This document shows, in pieces, positions 41,597 to 54,995 of a DNA stretch of 64,000 nt. The position numbers and the translations under genes were made by a program. The notes beneath the pieces were generated by a model that made no database searches, had not been told where the DNA came from, and saw nothing but the letters and a program-made list of their open reading frames with translations. Within the stretch, counting starts at the first letter, position 1. Each line of letters begins with the position of its first letter. This DNA is from Octopus sinensis (taxonomy: Eukaryota), in the NCBI RefSeq assembly GCF_006345805.1, contig NC_042997.1, positions 118,544,001-118,608,000 on the forward strand, in the 5' to 3' direction.

Positions 41597-43365
41597 ATCT
41601 CCAAATCACCAATCCAACTGACTTTTTTACCACTGCAGATATAAAATCAGAGGCGGCGACGATAGATTACATCGATATAAAGGAAGACGATGTAATCAAG
41701 GCTATAGATGAAATGAAATCAGACTCAGCTACTGGCCCCGATGGATTCCCGGCAATCCTCCTAAAAGCATGTAAGAGAGTCCTAGCAAGACCACTGCAGT
41801 TCCTCTTTCAGAGCTTCCTTACAGCTGGCAAACTTCCAAGAAAACTGAAGGAAGGTAAAATATGCCCCATTCATAAAGGAGGTAGCAGAGCGGAAGCCAA
41901 GAACTATAGACCTATCTCTCTGACCTCACACATCAGCAAGGTCATGGAACGAATAGTCGGAAGGAAGCTGATCACCTTCCTTGAAGAGAATGACTTGCTG
42001 CCCGACACCCAACATGGTTTCCGACCAGGGAGAAGCTGTTTAACTCAGCTCCTACAACACTATGACTGGGTGCTGAAACGGCTGCTCAACCACTCAAATG
42101 TGGAAGTGATATATCTCGACTTTGCAAAGGCCTTTGATAAAGTCGATCATGGAATGATATGTCACACACTGCGTGATCTCAACATAGTTGGAAAACTGGG
42201 AGAATGGCTTCATGACTTTCTGAAAGATAGAAGTCAGGTGGTAGTAGCCAATGGGGCCACTTCCATTAACACGCAAATAGTGAGCGGTGTTCCGCAGGGC
42301 ACTGTTCTGGGACCACTACTGTTCATAATGGCCCTCTCAGACACGCCCTCAGCCACGCAGAGAGCCACGATCACAAGTTATGCAGATGATACAAAAGTTT
42401 CACAGGCAATACACAACCCTGAGGACACTAAATACCTGCAATGTGAGCTGGACAAAATATACAAGTGGGCCGAAAAGAATAGCATGCAGTTCAATGCTGA
42501 AAAGTTTCAAGCTCTATACTATCAGCATGCAAAACTAAATGCAATACCCAATGAATACACTGGACCCGGAGGAATAGCAATCCCAGAGGCACAATCAGTG
42601 CGTGACCTAGGTATTTACATGAGTGATGACGCGACCTTCCGTGTACATGTTGCTAAATTGGCAATGAAATGTAGACGACTGGCTGGATGGATCCTCAGAA
42701 CCTTTAGAACAAGAGAACAAGAAACCATGATGATCCTCTGGAGGACACTTGTCCTAAGCCACTTTGACTACTGCTCTCAGTTATGGTCACCATCTGTCAA
42801 TTTGATCACAGAGCTCGAGGCGATCCAACACGAAGAAGATAGCCTCTATGCAGAATGTAAGCTACTAGGAAAGACTCAAGAGATTAAAACTATATTCCCT
42901 GGAGCGTAGGCGGGAAAGATATGCCATAATATACATCTGGAAGATCCTGGAGGGACGTCGTGTCCTGAACTTTGGCATCGAGAGCTACGCAAATGCCAGA
43001 ACTGGGCGCCACTGCGTGGTGCCTAGGACTCCAAACTTGCCATCAAGATGTAGGACAATATTCTGTGATAGCCTGGGCTTCCGAGGCCCACAGCTCTTCA
43101 ATATCCTCCCGAAGAACCTCAGAGACCTGCATGGGGTGGATGCAGATGTCTTTAAAATGAAGCTGGATCTCTTCCTGTCAGGTGTCCCAGATGAACCAAC
43201 CTCACGGCAGGAGGGGCAGATGAGGGCAGCTGCATCGAACTCTCTCATGCACCAAATGGCAGTTGCTAGAAAGCTTTCGTGAAGTGAAACCAAGTAGCAA
43301 CACCAAATGGCGGTGCCCCAGCATGGCCACAGCTCATACGCTGAAACTAGAATCAATCAATCAAT
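41597..43365 (+). mobile_element. 5'-truncated CR1-superfamily LINE
   Basis: RT frame, C-terminal frame ...GPQLFNILPKNLRDL...FKMKLDLFLSGVPDEP, 3' end GGCGGTGCCCCAGCATGGCCACAGC..CTGAAAC plus (AATC)n. Confidence 0.9.
41713..42909 (+). pseudogene. LINE reverse transcriptase (truncated, frameshift near 42830)
   Basis: GPDGF, NYRPISL, QHGFR, YLDFAKAFD, SGVPQGTVLGPLLF, YADD. Confidence 0.92.
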
Positions 43366-43414
<49 letters not shown>

Positions 43415-43539
43415 ACATATATATATATATACACATATATACATATGTATATATGAATATAGATATATATATATGTATATATATATATGCATGTACATAT
43501 GTAGGCATGTATATATGCATATATATATATGTATGTATG

Positions 43540-43595
<56 letters not shown>

Positions 43596-43604
43596 ATATG
43601 TATG

Positions 43605-43805
43605 TATGTAGTAAATCCCCAAAACGAAGGCACAAACACAAAAAAACCAACAATGTGAGGACATGGTACATGTAAAGTATTAACTGACGCTCAGGAAAGA
43701 AAAGAATGATGGTTTAACGTTTCGAGCAGTGCTCTTCTTCAGAAAAAGAGGATAGTCCAATAGAAAAGGAAGACGGCGGGAGAAAATCTCCAACGATTCA
43801 CACAC
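43605..43805 (-). mobile_element. pLTR-like repeat with hammerhead (43712-43748)
   Basis: TTT-CTGAAGA-A-GAGC/ACT/GCTC-GAAA-CG-TT^AAA; microsatellites on both sides. Confidence 0.65.
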
Positions 43806-44287
43806 ACACATACATATATATATATATGTTATATATATATATATGCGTGTGTATGTATATATATATAATTATATATATAAATATTGATATATTCATATTT
43901 ATGCATATGTGTGTGTGTGTATGTGTGTTTGTTAGTGTATGTGAATATGTACACAACGTTTTGAACCTGAATCAGTTCTTATGCCACTGCTATTTTCAGA
44001 ATGACTGAAGATAGGAAGATATGAACATTTTAAACCATTTACTTGATGTTATAAACGCCTAATCGGATGAAATAACAGCATTTGCATCCTTTTTGTATCA
44101 CTCGTTGTATCAAGTTTGTTGTCAATCAGCTATCAGCAAGCTGTTCCAATGATAATACAATCCAGTATTACGCAAAAATTTATTTAGTTTATAACTCGCT
44201 ACTCACTTCTTCAGCAGTTTGATTCAAATCTTTAGTTTCAAGCGTGATGCTAGTCTTCAACCATTTTGAATTTTGTAGTGGCACTGG

Positions 44288-44318
<31 letters not shown>

Positions 44319-44355
44319 TATATATATACATATATATACATATGTATATATATAC

Positions 44356-44387
<32 letters not shown>

Positions 44388-44653
44388 GTATGTATGTATA
44401 CCTGTATACATGTATATATCGACATATACCAAAAAGACAGAGTGGCTTCATTGTTTCGGCTCACTCGTCTTCATCAGATATAAAAAATAAAGATTAAAAT
44501 ACGTATACACACAAACATACACTACACCTGTACGCACACACACTTTCTCACACATGTACACACACACATACACACACACACGCACACACACACACGCATG
44601 TATGTACTTTAGAGTGTATCTATGTGTATAATTGTGTGTGTGTGTGTGTGTGT

Positions 44654-44850
44654 GCAATAAGAAAGTTAGGAATTCTGAAAAAAATCGAGAAATCGTCTTC
44701 GTAGCTACAGAAGTGATAAGAGATACCTAGAGATATATAAATAATGTAGGAAATGATGGGATGGAAGATGTTAAAAGTTTCTTAACGATATCTATCTAAA
44801 AACTGCTTGGCTTGCTTAAAGGAAACCTATATTTATATCGATGTGCGTAT
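44654..44850 (+). repeat. Near-identical copy of 20115-20325
   Basis: Direct sequence match over ~175 bp. Confidence 0.85.
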
Positions 44851-44937
44851 GTACGGTACACTTCATCATAGCAGTGGTGTACAGTCATATACATACCTTA
44901 TACATACACACATACGAGAGTATAGTTATATATATAT

Positions 44938-44974
<37 letters not shown>

Positions 44975-45053
44975 GTTATAAGGACTTTATCTTATTTCAT
45001 ACATATGACCATTTGTGTGTATATGTATATGCGTGTGTAAGTTAAATATATTA

Positions 45054-45727
45054 CTACCGGGCGGCTTTTATGCTAGCTCCTGTGAAAGGGCTCTTCATTG
45101 GGCCTCGGGCCCAACAATGACACTTCATGCATTGAGTACATATTAAATTTTATTAAACTTGATCAACATTTTTCAAGCAATGAACAATTTTCATGGAAAC
45201 AATGATATAATTTGTCAACTTGGACCTTATTGCAAAGCTGCATGACAGAAAACATTTTTGTCTTCCCATTCGGGCGTCAGTACAATTTTTTTTCTATCTA
45301 AACTCTTTCTGTTGATTATTTTCAACCATCACCATCGCCACCATAACTTCAATATACATACCACTCAGACTTCTGACGCCACCATCATCACAACATTTGA
45401 CTTTCTCGCCTTCCCCTCCACCACCATCACTACCGTCTTCACATCGCTTACTGTCAGTGTCATCTCTGACCATCTCGGCTACCACCACAACCACCACCAC
45501 CATCATCACCGTCACCTCCACCTCTATCACAACTACAGCTCATGCCATTTCTATCACCCCATTACTATTATAACCGTCAATCTACTACCGCCCTCACTGT
45601 CTCTATGCCTAATATTTCTCTCACCCCAACATGGGGAATAGTAGAAGTGTCATTGAACAGTGAGAGAGGGGGTCAAAATGAGACACACTGACATACAGAA
45701 ATTCGTTTTGACATTTATTATTATAGA
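45054..45727 (-). mobile_element. Non-autonomous Helitron-like element
   Basis: Minus strand A|TCTATAATAAT start at 45727 and GTAG|T end at 45054; homologous to 12801-13585. Confidence 0.55.
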
Positions 45728-45820
45728 TAACATTATCAAAAACATCTTCTCTGGGCTCCCAAAAATTTGTCTGTTCTTATGGTATTTTATGAACTGAGGA
45801 CACTGTACGTCTGTGTTATT

Positions 45821-46228
45821 ATACTCTTCTTACTCTTTTACTTATTTCAGTCATTTGACTGCGGCCATGCTGGAGCACCGCCCTTATTCGGGCAAATCGA
45901 CCACCAGACTTATTCTTTGGAAGCCTAGTACTTATTCTATCGGTCCCTTTTGCCGAACCACTAAGTTACCGGGACGTAAACACACCACCATCCGTTGTCA
46001 AGCGATGTTGGGGGGACAAACACGGACACACAAACATATACACACACATACATATTTACAGATATATACGACGGTATTCTTTCAGTTTCCGTCTACCAAA
46101 TCTACTCACAAGGCTTTGGTCGGCCGTAGGCTATAGTAGAAGGCACCCAAAGTGCTACGCATTGGGAATGAACCCGGAACCATGTGGTTAGTAAGCAATC
46201 TACTTACCACACAGCCACTCCTACGCCT
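45821..46228 (-). mobile_element. SINE family A
   Basis: Homology to 5561-5971. Confidence 0.85.
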
Positions 46229-49156
46229 GTGTGGAAAATATGCCGTGCTTTTGCTTCGTACTTGTCATTAAGATTTAAATGATTCGTTAGATTGTAGATT
46301 TGCAGTAGACAAATTGCAAGAATTATCGAGAAACGCAGAGAGATGATGCGAAATAGGAGCACATTGCTAGTTAAGTCGTTCATTAGAAACCCTTTTCCAG
46401 GAGCGACAAGATCAAGTAACCATACAGCACGGTGAATTCATGAGTTCTTTTGTCTAGACAAGTAGAATACTAATGTAAATTTCATAGACTTTTGCTTCAG
46501 CAATGTCTAAATCACCATGCTATTATTCAGATTGTGTAAGCACTTATAGCAAATTAGATCTGTATTTTTGCTATCAAATAAAAATATATCAAAATGGCAT
46601 GATCCACTTTATATCAAATTTCGTCGAAAGACTAGCGAGTGTATTGAGTATGCATAAAATTTTATGTAGAAAAACCTGACATGTAATAGAGATTTTTCAG
46701 CAATTTATATCACATACTGAAACCATTTTGTTGTGATTTTCTGACTTAACTCATTAATACAATAAATTATACAATGTGTTATTGTAAGAATCCATCACTA
46801 TGTGAATCTTCATTATCGAAGTAGAGAGCGTATTCGATGCTGGATTTTCTCTCTTACCCCATTACCTGCCAAATCTTTTATTGATGTTGTTTGGCTTTGC
46901 CAGGTACCTTAGGATTTAAAATGATATATAGTATTTAAGTTTTCTTCATAGGTGAATTATTTTGGAAATTATGTTAAATGTTTCGCAAAGTTTCAAATAG
47001 GATCACTGAAAAAGAACATATTTATCTTAGGCTATTCAATTGCAATAACATTTTAGTAGTTTTTTTAAAGTATAGTAGCAAATGCGAAGATGTACGAAAT
47101 ATCAATGAATGATATACAGAGGAAATGCAAAAAAGAAAAACCAAAGAATAAAACACGTTTTCAAAACGGTCAGTATTTTTGTAGTTCAAAAATTGCGATT
47201 TATGACATAAAATGTCTTCTAGAATTAGCGAGAACTCATAATGACAAACTTGAACTACTAAATATTGCTAAACACTTCTACAAATGCAATGTGCATAAGG
47301 AATTAACTTTAAATACAACGAACAAACGGTAGTTGTTCTAACAGACCCCCAAATGGGGCTCATGGAAGGCAATGGTTTAAAGAAGCGTGTGTAGTTGCAT
47401 TAGCTCACATAACACGCAGTGTATTATTTCTTTCAATTGTAATGAACGACTGATGCAAAAATATAACTGTATAAATATTTCCTAAAAGTGTGACCCAAGT
47501 GCTTTTTTATGGATGTATAAAAACGTATTGCGGAAGCTTATAACTTCTTATCTTTTTCAATTCACCAATTATCTGGACATGTTTTGAAATATTGCTGACT
47601 GGTTAAAAATTAAATGAGCTCGCTTAACGCAAAAATTTACCAAATATTTCTTTCTCTGTAATATATTTTGATTATGGAATCTGTTATTTATCAATTGCTC
47701 AATTAATGATAATGTGTTTTTTTGTAATACTGTAAGGAGATTTTCAATAGACAGAACTTCGTCCTGGATTCATAAAATTTTAAATTCATATAATATTGTT
47801 ACAAGCAATGATTGACTTTACTAACAGAAAAACACTCGTAGAAATCACATTCGTTCAGGTTGAGGATAAGAGATTTATTTCCAGTGGAATGGCTTATGGA
47901 CCTTAGCATTTGGAGAGGCGAATGCATAAGACAATACTGAGGGAAACTTAACCATAAATGGTCAAATTTCAGCGGATAGTAAGGCAAAATCCAACAAGGT
48001 CGCCAAAGTTAATCTTATAGCAGTTCTGTCTATAATTCAGTGCTCGCAGTCAGTAAATTATATTTCAGACAGTGACACTTATCGCGCTGAAAGTCATTTC
48101 TCACTATATTCCAAATTAAGCGCAGGTCAATGATTCGAAGTTCCGCAGCCAACAAAGAGACAGCGGATCATTCTGAGACCCCCAGTGGTTTGCGCCAGTT
48201 GCAATTCCTATGTTGATTCTCATGTACACACTCACACGTACACACACACAAAAGCGCGCGCGTGAATAGTTTGAGAGAATAGAGAAAGGAAAAGTAAGGG
48301 AATGAAAGAGATGTGAGTTCTGTTGCGATTTGACAATCGTAAAATTGATTAATATACGTGGAACACAATTACAAAGACCGAAGCAATAATAACAACAACA
48401 ACAACAACAATAATGATGATAATGAAGATGATGATAATAATCTATTTCAAATATTGTCGTTTCAATATAGTAAATAATAAGGAAGTGCAATGCAGGAGAA
48501 AATATATTTAATTAATTTTTAAGCTCTAAGACGCCAGAATCGTAGACGGAAAATATTTGAAACGAAATTATGAACAGCACCAAAATTGTTATGAAATGTG
48601 CGGTGATTCAGTGATTAGCAACGATGTGTGGGCTGTGTTATTCATATTATTCAATAACCCGCTGACAGTCGACAAACCTACAATGATTGTAATTCTGTCG
48701 ATGCAGACATTTAATAAGTATCGCTTCGTAAATATTCAAGCCAATAATTGTCCTCCATTTTGTTTTTATCAAAGTTTTCTTTTTATAAAAGTATTTAACT
48801 ATTATATTCGGCAATGATTGAAATATCTTGTAACAGATCATATTACCATATTAATTTCACTCCCGTGTATATGTGACCAGTGGATATTGCTAGAATATAA
48901 TACTGAGTAAGTCTTCCTTTTCAATAAATTTTGAGATGTAAATTTAATACCGTCTCTCTGTATTTTCAATGAGACAATTTATTACTCTATTTCAACATTA
49001 CTAGAATATGTTAGTGTCCACAAGTACAAAGGTGAGTTCTTGTTTGAAGATTTTCATCCACATCCTGGATTTAATCAACATTAAGTGATGGGTGATCGCT
49101 AGCAGTTAGCTCAAACCAGCCCTAATAGATCAGGGCTCTGATGAGAGTGGTTCTAG

Positions 49157-49389
49157 GCGTCGAGCTGGCAGAATCGTTAGCACGCCGGGCGAAATGCTTT
49201 GCAGTATTTCGTCTCTCGCTACGTTCTGAGTTCAAATTCCGCCGAGGTCGACTTTGCCTTTCATCCTTTCGGAGTCGATTAAATAAGTACCAGTTAAGCA
49301 CTGGGGTCGATATAATCGACTTAATCCGTTTGTCTGTCCTTGTGTGTCCTCTCTGTTTTTAGCTCCTTGTGGGTAGTAAAGAAATAGAA
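49157..49389 (+). mobile_element. Monomeric SINE family B with 11-bp TSD
   Basis: tRNA-like head GAGCTGGCAGAATCG..GAGTTCAAATTCC; AGTGGTTCTAG at 49146-49156 and 49390-49400. Confidence 0.9.
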
Positions 49390-50602
49390 AGTGGTTCTAG
49401 TCGTGACACTTCTCACTTTTTCGTTGTCCAATCTGTGTCTCCTATCTTAAGACATTAATCTGTAGACTGAGTGAAAGTTAGTTGCTATTTTTAGTGATTG
49501 GGAAGATCATGTGGAAGCCTCCTCTATGGTTGGAAGGGCTCCGTCTGTTCTGAGATTCGTGCTGGAGCTACGATATCCTGTGACATACCTGCTTAAACTA
49601 ACAGAAGAAGAAAACTGAAGCAGTCAACTTATAATAAACAACAAAAATGGAAATTCATGCAAATAATACAAATATTTGCTTTCCATTGATTAGTCATTTG
49701 ACTGTGGCCCAGCTTGAGCAGCCTTTTCATGTGTTTTAAAATGTCACATCAATCATAACACTAATTTCAGTCTTCTTTTTATTATCGATATCCATCAAAT
49801 AGTTAACTTACTTTTTGACACACAGTATATAAACCAACATACAGGTTTACATCATTATATGCAATCACACTCGTACATAGGCACAGATTCACGCACACAA
49901 ACATGTATTTACTCATATCTGTGCGCACGCGCATCTATGTGTGTGCGTGTGTGTGTGTGTTTGTAAACATGGTGGACATCCGCGCAGTTTGTCAATTAAA
50001 TATCATTTGTAATGAATTTCCAACGCAGCCGAAACAAATCTGGAACCATTTGTTTGCCAAGAGGTCCTCTCTACTTCAAACTTGTTATAAAATATCGTTT
50101 GCGAAAAGGATCAAAATGCAAGTTGATGGATTATTGAATTAAGGAAGCAGGATTCTTTTGAATAAAATTATCGCCTTGAATATCATGAACTAACAAGGAA
50201 CATAAATTTCGTAGCTCATCGTGTAAATAGAGCATAAAATAATATGAAAAACAAAAACTTAAGAGCATCGTACTGTGTATAATTATATGCTCAATTATAC
50301 ATTAGCACACATTCTTACATAAGAGAATTTTAATTCTGCAACAAAGCTTCTACTGTAAACATTATAGGAATTATCATGTATGATAATGGTATAACAATTT
50401 TATTAGTAAGAAAAGGAATACAAAAAAGACACAAGGAATTTGAAACCAGTAAATTATGTTAACACACATATTGTACCGCACCATTAATATATAAAATATG
50501 GTAGGAACAAATTACTTGAAATCATCATTTCAAATTTTGGCACAAGACCAGATATTTCAGGGGAGGGGTAAGTCGATTTCATTGACCCCAGTGATAAACT
50601 GG

Positions 50603-51002
50603 TACTCTTTTATTCTTTTACTTGTTTAAGTCATTTGGCTGCGGCCATGCTGGAGCACCGGCTTTTGTCGTGCAAATCGATCCCAGGACTTATTTTTTTG
50701 TAAGCCTAGTACTTATTCTATCGGTCTCTTTTGCCGAACCGCTAAGTTACGGGGAAGTAAACACATCAGCATCGGTTGTCAAGCGATGTTGGGGGGACAA
50801 ACACATATACACATATATATACATATACATATATATGACGGGCTTCTTTTCAGTTTCCGTCTAACAAATCCACTTAGAAGGCTTTAGTCGGCCCGATGCT
50901 ATAGTAGAAAACACTTGCCCAAGGTGCCACGCGGTGGGACTGAACCCAAAACCATGTGGTTAGTAAGCAAACCACTTACAACACAGCCACTCGTGCGCCT
51001 AT
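50603..51002 (-). mobile_element. SINE family A nested in an older family-B-like copy (~50525-51105)
   Basis: Family-B-like sequence breaks at ACTGGTA(50595) and resumes TGGTATTTATTTTATC(51002). Confidence 0.8.
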
Positions 51003-54000
51003 GGTATTTATTTTATCAATCCAAAATGGATGAAAGGCAGCGGGATTTAAATTCAAGGCGTTAAGACCGATGACATGCCGCTAAGCATTTTGTCCAGCAT
51101 GCAAACACCATTAATATTAATAAATATGTTTGTTAGAACTGAGTTCGATTCCTATGCACATGCTTGTTGGTCAGAAGAACAATGATAATGGCAGGCGTGG
51201 AATATGTAAACTTTGAACAGAATTTCAAGAGAATAATTCTTATATAGACTTAAATATTCGTCTATTTCTCACCACCCGATTGAATTTTATAACTTTGATT
51301 TCAAAACAAAGACACTCATTTCCTCTCTGTCTTGTTTTCTCTCCCCTCTCCCTCCCTCTTCTGTCTCCAGCTTCTGTTTCTAAGATGCCTCAATAAAATT
51401 CACTAATTTTATTTTTACCTCCTATTCTTGCCACAAAGCTATACGTTTTAGGCCATTGAACAAGCCCTGTTATCCACTCGCTACATCAGCAGATGACAAT
51501 TACTTCTGTTCACGTCTAAAATGATATGATTAATTACAAATTCAGCGGGATACGAACTCAGTACGTAGAAGAACATAACCCAATACAACTAAATAATATT
51601 GTCTGAAGCTCTACTAATTCTTTGAATCGACCTCCCTTACATCGTTAATTATAAGCAGAAGATAATGAATTATATTTCCGAATTAAAACAATCAACCAAC
51701 TTATGCTTATACAGTAGCTGGGATGTTTATAACGGCAATAATTTATATAAATGTGTCTACTCATCTATATTCTCTTACATCATGTCATAAAGCTCTTTTT
51801 GTAAACTTTGAACATATAATCTATAGCATGGAGAATTATGTTCCTTGTAGTTATTCCATAACTGCTGTAGAATGTCAGAAATATTTACGCAGCAATGTAA
51901 TCTCCAGAAAACTGATGCAAAGAACTTGATAACAAAAATGACAACAACACGCAGATTATTTGGCTTTATTTCTTAATAGTTGTATGCATTCAGTTTTAAT
52001 GTGGCCATTAATGATGTACATAAAATGACTAGCACAGATTGGAATCGACGTTTTCTCGAATATTCAGCACGTCCGAGAATTCACCGATGCTTCATGGCAC
52101 CTAATAACAATGTTAAGTGTGTGCTTAAAAATAGTCATTCTACTTACAAGAAATAATAGGCCGACCATCCCTCAAATTACACTCTTGAATAGAGAAATGC
52201 ATTAGATAATGTAGTCTTATTAACCGCTACAAAAACCATAGGCTGCAGCTAGAATGGCTTTGATCATACGTCTGCTTGATTAGAGTTAACCTGGGTCAAA
52301 GCAATAACAAAAAGAACAGTATTACAAAGTACTAGTTTCCTTTAATGTAACCAAACAACTAGTAATTAAGAGAAATAGTTTTAAAATAGTTATTAAGTCT
52401 GATTTCTTTGATAAGGACGAAATCAGGATAGAAACCATATGGCAGATTCCCTTCACCTACTGTCTGTTTTTTCTCTGACGCAATCACTGTAATATTTGAT
52501 TAAGTAGAAAAAGGATAGTTAAAAAGAAGATAAAAAATAGAAATTCTGAGTTATGTTTTCGGACAATTCGGTCAGACAAAGCGCAGTTACACGTTTGTAG
52601 TTATTACTGCGTGGTTAAGATGTCCGCTTTGCTGCCATACGTTTTTCGGGTTCCATCCAACAGCGCAGCATTTGAGACAATTAGAAGTATTGCTTTTTTC
52701 CTTTACTGTATTTATTACATGTGGTAAGTATGTGATGAGAGCAAGATTACAGAGGAACGGAGTACATAGAAGCTACTGTAAATATTGAACTGGAAGAGCT
52801 GAGACCTAAGATATGTCTATACCCTCTATGCAGGGCAAATGATTGTACACTAGCTACTACAGCGGGTAGAAGGGTTAATTGCTCATAGGAGGAACTTAGT
52901 GAAACAGGAGAAACCGTCATTGAATCTGACTACCTGGAAGTAATTGTTGCTGATATTCATGTGATGTTTAAATGTTTGTATAATGCAGTAATTACAGATT
53001 TTGCATTTCAGAAAGACGTTTTGAAAATACCTTGCAGCATAGACAGTATATATGGGTGAATAATGCAGCAGAGACGATTTAAGTCTCAGACAAGAATACA
53101 TTTGTGGCTTGCATTCCAATCAAAACTGCCTTGTAGAATTCAGTTTGAATCTATGTATACGTTTATTGGTGTAGAATAACAGTGATGATTGCTGATGAGG
53201 AATATGGAAATTTTGAACAAAATTTCATGCGAAACTTAGAATAAATTATCTAGACATAAGTTACCATCCATTTGAATTTTCTTTCTTCGATTTCAAGTAC
53301 GCATTACCTTCCACTCACCCGTCTCTCTTTTTCTATGTTCTAAACCATCTCAATCAAATTCACAACATTATTTCCCTCCTAATCTCTAAATAAATATTTT
53401 TTCCTCAGATTTTCCCGGCCCTCGTTTTACTGTTTCTTCACTCGTCGTCCACCGATTGTTTTAGTGTAGATATTCATACCGTGTTCAACTTAATATATCC
53501 ATTACAACAAATGGAAGTTCTTATTCTTCAGTAGTCTAAGAAGATGTTCTTACGATACATCAACATATACTTTTACTGAGATGCAACCAGAATTATTTAG
53601 AATAAAAAAAAATTGAAAACAAAAAGAAAAACACAGTGACTTACTGGATTATTTTGTTTTTCATATGACAATCAGTAAGTATTTTTTTTAATATCATAAA
53701 AAAATACTTTTCATATGTTTTCTGCTTCAGTTTTCAAAATATTTTTTTATCAATATTTTCCTAGTTATATATTATAGTTCGCAGCTGTTATACACAATAC
53801 TACACAGAAAAAAGTTCACCTAGAGAAATGTATATACATACATATATATATATATAATCACATAACCTACTCATATAAACAAACATACTCACACACTAGA
53901 AGTATTGATATATTGCATAAACTACTCTACGCTCTTGTAAACATGATTTCTATAAGATCACATACACAAATGTATATAACGCATAGACACGCGCAATCAC

Positions 54001-54184
54001 ACACACTTGTATTAAACACATATACACACACATACACACATACACATAATGTGCTCCTTACCATACAGGAAGCTGACTGGATAATGATACTCTATGTGGA
54101 GATCTCAATCATACAATAATAGTTACGTATCGAACTTCATACAAAAATATACACATATAAATACACATGCATGGCAAATAAACA

Positions 54185-54545
54185 AACAGGCGTGGGTATG
54201 TGGTAAGAAGCTTGCTTGCCAACCATATGGTTCTAGGTTTAGTTCCATACCGTGGCACATCGGGCAAGTGGTTTCTACTATAGACTCGGGCCGACCAAAG
54301 CGTATATATGTGGAGGGGTTGGTCGGATGTCGACGTTTTTGTTGTTTGTGTTTGTCCTCCGCCACCGCTTGAATATCAGTGTTGTGTTACGTCCTTGTAA
54401 CACAGCAGTTTGGCAAAGAGTCCCTTTGAATAAGCACTTGGCTTGAAAAAGTACATCCGGCAACTACATTGTTCGACTAAAGACCTACAAGATGATGCTC
54501 TAGCATGGCCAGTAAAATAACTGAAACAATAAAGGAAAAAGATAA
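54185..54545 (+). mobile_element. Degenerate SINE family A
   Basis: Head CAGGCGTGGGTATGTGGTAAGAAGC, tail GATGCTCTAGCATGGCC..CTGAAAC. Confidence 0.65.
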
Positions 54546-54873
54546 AAGATGACACATACTTCTACATTCACATATCTGTATATACATCAGCAACTATACC
54601 AATCGGTTTCCTACGAGGAGTTGAGTTAAGCCAGGCACAGGGATAAGGGTAAAAGCAACTGTATGGTGCCGATTATTTGAATAACATAGACACTCCATTG
54701 GAAATATATGCTGATTTTTTGCCTGTGACACGGATTTTCGAGGACTATACATACATACAAATGTATGTATGTGTGTATGTATGTATGTATGTATAAATAT
54801 ATATATAGATATGTATGCATGTATGTATTTATCGATCGATCTTCCTACCTACCTACCTCTCTACCAACCAATA

Positions 54874-54874
<1 letters not shown>

Positions 54875-54959
<85 letters not shown>

Positions 54960-54995
54960 CCTATCTGCCTACCTACCTACCTACCTACCTACCTA
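54875..54995. repeat. (CTAT)n(CTAC)n microsatellite
   Basis: Directly visible. Confidence 0.95.

Noticed and set aside
44450-44480. Minus-strand CTGATGA..GAAA motif
   Set aside because: Stem II is mismatched and helix III and stem I are not formable; at best a decayed relic.
53194-53240. CTGATGA...GAAAC hammerhead-like match
   Set aside because: No UH cleavage site or stem I pairing.
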